A program made the translations under genes and the position numbers. The notes beneath the pieces are model-generated. The model saw nothing but the letters and a program-made list of their open reading frames with translations. It had not been told where the DNA came from and searched no databases. A DNA stretch of 64,000 nucleotides, taken from positions 21,441 through 85,440 of the forward strand of contig CAJUFQ010000010.1 in the NCBI GenBank assembly GCA_910585625.1. The letters are read 5' to 3'. Source of the stretch: an uncultured Lachnospiraceae bacterium. Lineage in GTDB: Bacteria; Bacillota; Clostridia; Lachnospirales; Lachnospiraceae. Shown here piece by piece: positions 28,438 through 35,615 of this stretch; position 1 is the stretch's first letter; every line of letters starts with the position of its first letter.

Positions 28438-31400
28438 TCAGATTAACCCCCTGCGCAGTTTTTCCACATGGAGTTCCTCATATAGCTGCTTTTTGACCTG
28501 TTCCGCAAACGCCCGCACATCTTCCTTAGCCTTTGCCGCAGTCTCAACTTTCTCAAGCTGCGCCTCCACCTCTTTCAGCTTCTTGCCGAGTTGTTCCTGG
28601 GTCGAAATAAGCTGCGCGTTTTCCTGCCGCCCGCGCATCATATCCCTCTTCCGTTCTTCCTCAGAATCCACAACATCCTGCACGGAATACTGCAAATCGT
28701 TTGTCGGGCTGATTCTCTCCCAGGCATTTCCTGCATTCGTACGGTGCCCTAAGTTTGCCGGTTCTCCTGATGAGCGGACGCCTGCCGGAAACTGCCTGCT
28801 TTCTGAAAGATTCCCTTCCTGCCGGTAATATGCCTGTCTGACTCTCTGCATATCCTCGTGGATCGTCCGCTGCCTGCGTGCTTCATATTGCCGGATGCGG
28901 TAAACAAGCATGGGATAGGCTGACGCCAGAAACTGCCCGCCTGGCCTGTTCCCATCAAAGGCCGCTCTGTCCGCGCTGGCCCGTCCGTCCGCGCTGCTTA
29001 TGACCTCCGACAATTTCTCTGTAAGCGTTTCATACTGTTTCTCATTACGCATACGAATCATTGCCAGAACCTCCCGGTTCTCCCCAGCGGCCAGATGTTC
29101 CAAGATTTTTTCTTCTGCACCTTCCGCCTTTCGGCCAAAATAGAGCATCCTCTGCTGTGCCGTGACTTCCGATAATTCTTCAATAAGCCTCCCATACTGG
29201 CTTTCATCCAATTTCTGGACAAACTGCAGCAGTTCCCTTATCTTTGGTGTCCCAAGCTGGCTGTCCGCATAGACAAGCAGTTCGCTGCCTGCATCTTCCT
29301 TGCCCCAGGCTTCGTCCGGCCATCCTTTCTTGCCGCCTGTTTCCCCGGGCAGTTCAGAAGCTGCTTTATGGTTAATCTGGGATATAAGCTGTTGGAGCGT
29401 ATTCCTGGATTTCGCTGCCGCAATCTGACTGCGGATTATCTCTGTCTGGATATCTTCTTTTGCCTGATTGCCGGAATATTCCCTGCTTCCTTCCCCAGAC
29501 GCCATCTCCCTCTGCTCCCCTTCCCCGGGCAATGGCAACGCATCCTGCCATCCGGGCAAAATATCTGCTTCTGCCGTTTCCCGCCCATGTTCCGGGTGAA
29601 ACAGCAACGCTTCTCCCCATTCCCATAATCGCTGGTACGGAATCCATGCCGGCTCTGAAATGCCCTGCTGAAGCCATTGCGCCGCTTCGGCTGTTTTTTC
29701 CTCCGCTTTGGCATTCGCCTCCTCGGCTTGTTCCGCTGCTTCTGTCTTCGCTGCTTCCATTGCTTGTTCCGCTGCTTCTGCTCTCCCCACTTCCTCTGCC
29801 AGACTGGAAGTATTTTCTTCCGCGCGCTTATCTGAAATAAGGGAAAACGCCTCTTCTACACCCTCCCAGGCATAACCGGAAATCTTTTCCGCTTCCTTTT
29901 GCTCAATGACCTCCATTATCTGCCTGAACAGCGCTTCCGCTTCCCACTCGGTCACATCCGCCGCCCCAATATGTATTCCTTCATTTGACTCCCTCGTGGT
30001 CCCTGCATCTTGGGCCTCACGTTCCGCCGCTGCCCGCCCCGCATCTTCCAGGAGCCGGGAAATATTCTTTTCTGTCTGCCGATGAACGGAACCCGTCTGC
30101 TGAGAAGCTATTTTTCCTGCCATCCGCTTCGCTGCCGCCGCTATCTGCAAAAGCTCTTTTTCCGTCGCCTTTGCTTCACGGCCGGAAGCATCCTGCTTGG
30201 CAGCTCCTCCGCTGCCGTCTGTTCTGTGGACGAGGGCTTCCGCTGCGTTTCTTCCTTCATACTGCATATTCCGAGAACGGATCTCTTCTGTGTCCCTCGG
30301 CAGCCGGCCGGCAAATATCCGCTCTGCCTTCTTCTCCATAACAGATGCGATATAAGAGAGCAGCTGTTCGATTTCCTTTTGCGTAAATCCCGCAATCACT
30401 CCGCCGTCCTTCTTACCCGCATCTTCTGTTCCATGGATTTCCCTCTGTCCTGGCACATCCATGACGCCGGTATGGCTTTGACTTGCCACCTCTGCTTTCC
30501 AGGCACCCATCTGCCGATTGCTGCTCTGCCCTCCAGCCGGATTTGCCTCTCCCTGCATAAGGACTGCAGCCGCCAGTTTTTCTATCAGCGCCGTCCGCTC
30601 CGCTGCCTGCAGCTTACGGATCTGCATAAACAAACCCTGGGCTTTCTTCCTTTCCACCTGGTATTGCCGGGACATAGGCGCAGACACCCCGCGGTATATT
30701 TCACGGTAGGAAGCAAACGCCTGTGCCTCGCGCTGCACAAGCTGCTCTCTCTCTGCCTGCAGGCTCAGCCTCATCTCTTCCATAAACTGTATGACAGACT
30801 CGCCTGACAGCAAATTCTCTTCTTTTAGAGCCTGCCGTTCCGGCTTTCCAGCTGTCAGGAATTGTTTCTGCCCTGACTCTGAGTGGTATACGCTTTCCGC
30901 AGATTCCAAATGCTCTTTCTCCACAGGCTCTGCTTGATTTATCTTCTTCAAAGCTTCCAGATACTCGTTTTCCCCGGACTTTGATTGATATTCACGCTCC
31001 ACGGCTTCCAGATATCCCATGTCATCCGACCGCCGCTGTCTCTTCTCCCTGACAAACCGGCATTCTAATTCCTCCCAGGGGATGCCGGACAATTTTGCCG
31101 CTTCCCGGAAATTTTTTTTGCCTGCTGCTTCAAAAGCGTGTTCCCAAAATCCTGCGGCAACTTCCTGGAGGTAATGATGCCTGATCTGCATCAGCTTTGC
31201 AAAAAGAAGTGCATTGTCATTCTCGCTTTCTGCCTGATTATCCGACGCCGCCAGATGCTCAAGCTGCACCCAGAGCCTGCGGATTTGCGTATCCTCTGCT
31301 TCCTCAAGGAAACCGCGCATTTTGTCTTTGCTCTTCTTCCACTTTACTTCCTGCCCATTGCCATCCGCTGCTGAAACTTCCCGGCCACTATGCGCCGCAT

Positions 31401-32040
31401 ACACTTCCTGGCGGCAGAGACGGCAGAATTCCCGGTACTCTTTCTTCGTCAATGTCTCCAGAACATTCTTCTCCGCTGTTCGCAAGGCCTGCCTGGAATG
31501 CTCTATAAAAAATTCCTTAAGGTCAGCCGCAAACAGTGAAAACAGCCGGTATCTGTCCCGCTGCTTTTCGATGGCACGGCTTACGCCCTTCCATTCCTTG
31601 TAATGCCTGCCGTCTGCTTGTGCCCGATCCAGCAGCTCCACAAACCGATTCGCATTTCGGTACATCACAAAATCACAGCACTTTAACTGTGTGAGATAAA
31701 ACCTCTCCATGCGCTGCAAACTGTTCCACGTCTGTGCCTGGACAAATGCCGTCCTCACAGGAGCCTCCTCCAGCCCCATCTGAATCATTCTGTTTTTCAG
31801 CACAAGGCTGAACAGGATGTTCGCCTGCCCGGACTGCCGCTCCTCTCCTTTTGCACTACTGCCCAGGTAAAATAAGTCTATGTTCCCATACTCCGGCGCA
31901 TCTGCCGGGACATACTTATCCCATAACCGCTTTAGCATTCCCTGGTTGATATGAAGATGTATTTTCTGTTTATAAGCTTCCCGTATCCTTACCATACTGA
32001 CCGCCCTGGCATTCCCCAATTTGCTTTCCTTATAATCCAA
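28438..32040 (-). CDS. Large helical protein, tape-measure candidate
   Basis: 1200 aa A/E/Q-rich; C-terminal AEQVKKQLYEELHVEKLRRG; lies between tube 2 and the LysM initiator. Confidence 0.55.
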   Translation of the reverse strand: MDYKESKLGNARAVSMVRIREAYKQKIHLHINQGMLKRLWDKYVPADAPEYGNIDLFYLGSSAKGEERQSGQANILFSLVLKNRMIQMGLEEAPVRTAFVQAQTWNSLQRMERFYLTQLKCCDFVMYRNANRFVELLDRAQADGRHYKEWKGVSRAIEKQRDRYRLFSLFAADLKEFFIEHSRQALRTAEKNVLETLTKKEYREFCRLCRQEVYAAHSGREVSAADGNGQEVKWKKSKDKMRGFLEEAEDTQIRRLWVQLEHLAASDNQAESENDNALLFAKLMQIRHHYLQEVAAGFWEHAFEAAGKKNFREAAKLSGIPWEELECRFVREKRQRRSDDMGYLEAVEREYQSKSGENEYLEALKKINQAEPVEKEHLESAESVYHSESGQKQFLTAGKPERQALKEENLLSGESVIQFMEEMRLSLQAEREQLVQREAQAFASYREIYRGVSAPMSRQYQVERKKAQGLFMQIRKLQAAERTALIEKLAAAVLMQGEANPAGGQSSNRQMGAWKAEVASQSHTGVMDVPGQREIHGTEDAGKKDGGVIAGFTQKEIEQLLSYIASVMEKKAERIFAGRLPRDTEEIRSRNMQYEGRNAAEALVHRTDGSGGAAKQDASGREAKATEKELLQIAAAAKRMAGKIASQQTGSVHRQTEKNISRLLEDAGRAAAEREAQDAGTTRESNEGIHIGAADVTEWEAEALFRQIMEVIEQKEAEKISGYAWEGVEEAFSLISDKRAEENTSSLAEEVGRAEAAEQAMEAAKTEAAEQAEEANAKAEEKTAEAAQWLQQGISEPAWIPYQRLWEWGEALLFHPEHGRETAEADILPGWQDALPLPGEGEQREMASGEGSREYSGNQAKEDIQTEIIRSQIAAAKSRNTLQQLISQINHKAASELPGETGGKKGWPDEAWGKEDAGSELLVYADSQLGTPKIRELLQFVQKLDESQYGRLIEELSEVTAQQRMLYFGRKAEGAEEKILEHLAAGENREVLAMIRMRNEKQYETLTEKLSEVISSADGRASADRAAFDGNRPGGQFLASAYPMLVYRIRQYEARRQRTIHEDMQRVRQAYYRQEGNLSESRQFPAGVRSSGEPANLGHRTNAGNAWERISPTNDLQYSVQDVVDSEEERKRDMMRGRQENAQLISTQEQLGKKLKEVEAQLEKVETAAKAKEDVRAFAEQVKKQLYEELHVEKLRRGLI

Positions 32041-32470
32041 TCTTATTTATGGTCTCTGAAAGGCCATTGTGGGAAATTTCCACTTTCTTTATCAGAATCC
32101 CGCTGCTCATAGCATCCAGCGTATCAATTTCCCATTTCGTGACAATCCCCCAGTTCGCCTGATAAGTCGCAGTGGGGATAAGCCCTGAATCCGGCATGAC
32201 CATGATGATGATGCCTTTCTTTAGTTCGTACCCCGCCGTGAGGGTCGTGCGTGACATTTCCCCGCTGGCAATCCCATATTCCAAGATGAGTTTATCCAGT
32301 GACTGCCGCGGCTTGGGCAGATAATGCACACGGTCATTGACCCCGCCTTCCACGACAGTCTCAAACTCCATTGTCGCGGAGATATTAGAGACTTTCGAGA
32401 AGCCGAGCGACTTCCCATTGAGGATTACCTTAAATTTTGTGTGTCTTGCAAGATTGTCTTGCATTGCCAT
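32030..32470 (-). CDS. Tail tube protein 2 (gp19-like, Afp5-like)
   Basis: FKV, GFSKVS, EGGVN..H.LP, LILEYG, LDAMSS. Confidence 0.85.
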   Translation of the reverse strand: MAMQDNLARHTKFKVILNGKSLGFSKVSNISATMEFETVVEGGVNDRVHYLPKPRQSLDKLILEYGIASGEMSRTTLTAGYELKKGIIIMVMPDSGLIPTATYQANWGIVTKWEIDTLDAMSSGILIKKVEISHNGLSETINKIGL

Positions 32471-32529
32471 CTCACTTCACCTCTGCAAACAGCCGCGCCA
32501 TCTGCCATTCGGCATGGGACTGCCCCTGC

Positions 32530-32709
32530 CTATAAGCGGAAAATATCCTTTTCCTTCGGCTTGCCGCTGACTTTCCTGTTAATCTCTGAAATTTCCCTGC
32601 ACCATCTAATCCGCTCACGGTGCGTGAGGCTTAAGATTTCTGTCCTGCCCCAATGCATGTAATAAGCGACAAACGCTGCTTCTTCATAAATCTTGTCCGC
32701 CGGATACAA
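32530..32709 (-). CDS. DUF6760-like small protein; TTG start, or C-terminal part of a -1 frameshift fusion with the TAC
   Basis: YP...YEE.AFVAYY.HW...EILSL.H.ER.RW..EI..IN; no ATG or strong SD. Confidence 0.8.
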   Translation of the reverse strand: MYPADKIYEEAAFVAYYMHWGRTEILSLTHRERIRWCREISEINRKVSGKPKEKDIFRL

Positions 32710-32736
32710 ATTTATTGCCCGGCTTCCATAAAATTT
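32699..32736 (-). promoter_or_regulatory. Candidate programmed -1 ribosomal frameshift signal
   Basis: In-frame A AAT TTT heptamer (32736-32730), 6-nt spacer, GCCGG...CCGGC hairpin (32723-32699). Confidence 0.65.
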
Positions 32737-33080
32737 ATTGGCACTGTGATTTCTTCCCCGCAATGCGGGCATACCGCATGGTAGGAAGGAACCTCCGCCT
32801 GGTTCACCCTCTCGTAGAGATCCTGCAGATATGCCAAGTCAGGCGTATAAAGGCCTTCTATTACCTTCGTGTCCACCGCCGGCATGCTCCCCAGGCTCGT
32901 AATCACCCGCGAGAGCAGGATAATCACAAGATAGCCCGGGTTCTGCTGCACCCTGGGATCGCGCAGCGGTATGATCTCATCTGCCGCCGTCGCCAGGCGC
33001 ATCTTCCCTTCCCGGTGCAAATTCCCATCCCTGTCCACATAACCCTTGGGCAGGACAAAAGAAAATTCTGTCTCAAACAT
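32712..33080 (-). CDS. Tail assembly chaperone
   Basis: FETEFSFVLPKGYVD..G..HREG.MRLAT..DEI, LLSRVI..LG, DLAYLQDLY..N, CPHCG. Confidence 0.85.
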   Translation of the reverse strand: MFETEFSFVLPKGYVDRDGNLHREGKMRLATAADEIIPLRDPRVQQNPGYLVIILLSRVITSLGSMPAVDTKVIEGLYTPDLAYLQDLYERVNQAEVPSYHAVCPHCGEEITVPINFMEAGQ

Positions 33081-33103
33081 CTGCTCCTTACCCTTGCCTT
33101 CCT

Positions 33104-33134
33104 ATGCGCCCCGGGCAGCATCTGCCCGGAGCAT
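33104..33134. promoter_or_regulatory. Strong intergenic hairpin after the major tube gene, no U-tract
   Basis: CCGGGCAG-CAT-CTGCCCGG with outer ATGC/GCAT. Confidence 0.6.
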
Positions 33135-33169
33135 CATTAGATTCCTATTTCAGAAACATTCCATCCATG

Positions 33170-33595
33170 TTAGGAAACCCTGGTCATTCCCTCATGGGCA
33201 ATTTCAAGGCTCTCAATCGCAACCTCTGAAGACGTCGCATTGAAATCCGGCGCCGTATACTTCGCCGGCCACGCATTGATTACCTGCCAGGACGCAGTCG
33301 CGGTCTCTGTCTCATCTAAAATCGTGATGGTAATCGTCTTACGCTCAACTTCTCCTTCCACGCCTGCAATCATCCATTCATACATAACCATGGAGTCTGC
33401 GACGCCCTGTTTCAATGTGATGTTTCCATACTTTTTCAGTCCCGGCAGCTTCATCGGCGTCTGAACCATGTCGCCCTCGCGATACTCAATTACGTCGATT
33501 GATGCGTCAAACCCGGATGCCTCGGAGAAACCGCCTGCCTCTAAGCCGTCAATTTCTACCTTATATCTAAATTTTCCATATGGAGTACTTGCCAT
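33170..33595 (-). CDS. Major tail tube protein (gp19 / Afp1-like)
   Basis: FRYKVEIDG, GFSEASG, YREG, KLPG..KY.NITLKQG, AWP.KY, IE.LEIAHEG. Confidence 0.95.
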   Translation of the reverse strand: MASTPYGKFRYKVEIDGLEAGGFSEASGFDASIDVIEYREGDMVQTPMKLPGLKKYGNITLKQGVADSMVMYEWMIAGVEGEVERKTITITILDETETATASWQVINAWPAKYTAPDFNATSSEVAIESLEIAHEGMTRVS

Positions 33596-33657
33596 CTCTT
33601 CACAACGCTCCTTTCTGTCTATTTATTTTCCTGAAGAAATGATAAACGGTGCAACCC

Positions 33658-35394
33658 TTATACGGAATCACCTGTTTTCTGTGAAATCCTAAAGATTACA
33701 AATTCGGCAGGTTTCACTGGCGCGATGCCGATTACGCAGACGAGCCTTCCATTATCAATATCATCCTGGCTCATGGTATTTCTGCCGCAGTTGACAAAAA
33801 ATGCCTCAGACGGAGCCGATCCTGCAAGCGCGCCTGACCGCCAAAGCCCGGTCAGAAATACGTCTATCGTCCGCTTCACGCGTACCCAAAGAACTTCGTC
33901 ATTTGGCTCAAACACTGCCCAGTTCGTATTTGCCTTGATGCTTTCTTCAATGAAGATAAACAGACGGCGGACATTGATATATTTCCAGCTCGGGTCGCTG
34001 CTTGCCGTGCGCGCGCCCCAGACCCGGATGCCCTGTCCCGGGAAGGAACGGATTAAATTGACGCCCTTGGGATTTAAGATATCCTGCTCGCCTTTATTGA
34101 ACTGGCAGTCCAATCCCACGCACGCGCGTACCGTCTCATTTGCCGGCGCCTTATGTACCCCTCTTGCGGTATCGCTGCGCGCATAAATGCCTATCACAGA
34201 ACCGGAAGGCGGTATCGCCATGTTCTTCTTATCCAACGGGTCGAAGACTTCCAGCCAGGGATGGTACATTGCCGCATAATTGCTGTCAACAATATCCCTA
34301 TGGGCAATAATGTCATCCATCTTCTTAGCGTCCCTGGGCATGTCAAGCACCGCAAACCGGCTGGCAAGATTCTCACAGTGCGCAACCAGCATCAGCTGCA
34401 CATTGGGATCCACAACGCCCGGAACTGCCATAATAGACACACTGTCATTGTCCAAAAAAGACTGGATACCCGTCCGTTTTCCTGCACCCCTGTCCACACC
34501 GATAAAGTCAGCCGCGCTGATATTGGACACGGAACCGTTACTGCCGCCCTTTAACGCAATCACGCAAAACGCTTTCTCCAGATTGTCCCCGATAATCTCG
34601 TCGAACGGCGCCACCGGCTCGCTCTTCTTGCCGCCAATATAATTGGTGATGATCAGGTCGGACTTTGCCGTCTTCTTCTCAACGTAATTTGGTATGTTCA
34701 CATTGAACGACAGGTTCTCGTAAAACTCCACAATGTCGTCATACTTCACTTCCAGGTTAAACTCACACGTAGAAATCACTTTTGACGGAAGCAAGTTCTT
34801 ATCTACAACGTCCTGCTCAAATTCCTTGGCAAACACAAGGATGTTGTCCTGGCTCTTGACCACACGGTTGTACACCACGTTCGTCATGTCCTTATAAACG
34901 ACGATGTCCCCCTCATGGAACCCTGCGGAGCTTTTTACGGAATACTGCTTCCCATCCGCTGTCTCAAGTTCTTCTAAAACCTGGGTCTTTGCCTTGCTCG
35001 CGGGCGTCACGACAATGCTCATGCTGTTTCCCCACAAGCCAGGGTTTTTGGCGCGCACCCTGAGGACGGAATCCAGCGCAGGCACCTTCGCATTGGCCGG
35101 TTTCGCATCGCTTGGCGCAACACGCGATACAAAGCAGCGGGAACCTCCATTTACAAAAAAGTGTTCCACCGCATACGCCAGGAACCGGTATTCCCCATAC
35201 TCATTCTCGGAAAGATACCCTCCGAATTTCCTCTTAAAATCTGCAAAATTGGTGACAAGCTGCGGAACCCCTTCCGCCGGGCCTCTCTCCGCAAGGCCGA
35301 TGAATCCGGCCGTACTTGTACCAACACCTTCCATTGGCTTTCCGCCTGAATCAAATTCCTCTACATATACGCCTGGTGATAAATATTCAGCCAT
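33658..35394 (-). CDS. Contractile tail sheath protein
   Basis: YLSPGVYVEE, FFVNGG, PPSG, RGVHKAPAN, VWGART, YINVRR, FEPND, APVKPAEFV. Confidence 0.97.
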   Translation of the reverse strand: MAEYLSPGVYVEEFDSGGKPMEGVGTSTAGFIGLAERGPAEGVPQLVTNFADFKRKFGGYLSENEYGEYRFLAYAVEHFFVNGGSRCFVSRVAPSDAKPANAKVPALDSVLRVRAKNPGLWGNSMSIVVTPASKAKTQVLEELETADGKQYSVKSSAGFHEGDIVVYKDMTNVVYNRVVKSQDNILVFAKEFEQDVVDKNLLPSKVISTCEFNLEVKYDDIVEFYENLSFNVNIPNYVEKKTAKSDLIITNYIGGKKSEPVAPFDEIIGDNLEKAFCVIALKGGSNGSVSNISAADFIGVDRGAGKRTGIQSFLDNDSVSIMAVPGVVDPNVQLMLVAHCENLASRFAVLDMPRDAKKMDDIIAHRDIVDSNYAAMYHPWLEVFDPLDKKNMAIPPSGSVIGIYARSDTARGVHKAPANETVRACVGLDCQFNKGEQDILNPKGVNLIRSFPGQGIRVWGARTASSDPSWKYINVRRLFIFIEESIKANTNWAVFEPNDEVLWVRVKRTIDVFLTGLWRSGALAGSAPSEAFFVNCGRNTMSQDDIDNGRLVCVIGIAPVKPAEFVIFRISQKTGDSV

Positions 35395-35465
35395 AATTTC
35401 CCAGCAAAAGCTGCTGCTGCCGCTAATGCCGGCTACCTCCTTTCCTTAATAAAAATTCTAGGAGC

Positions 35466-35557
35466 ATTATATAACATTCCTCTAAACAAAATTCTAAACA
35501 ATTCGACAGCAGCCTCACTTTTTCCCAAACTGGTGTAAAAACTGCCAAATTGGTGCA
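35466..35557. promoter_or_regulatory. Divergent control region: minus-strand TATAAT, Spo0A-like box and direct repeats
   Basis: TATAAT (rc 35466-35471); TGTCGAA (rc 35502-35508); CCAAAyTGGTGyA at 35525 and 35545. Confidence 0.45.
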
Positions 35558-35615
35558 GGACATGGAAAGTCCCGGCAAATCGTTTATACTTTTGCCAGAA
35601 AGGAGGAGACGGAAC

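Noticed and set aside
17299..35394. Prophage or diffocin-type tailocin
   Set aside because: No capsid, portal, terminase, integrase or lysis genes; DUF4255, Afp15-like ATPase and double baseplate J indicate the eCIS family.
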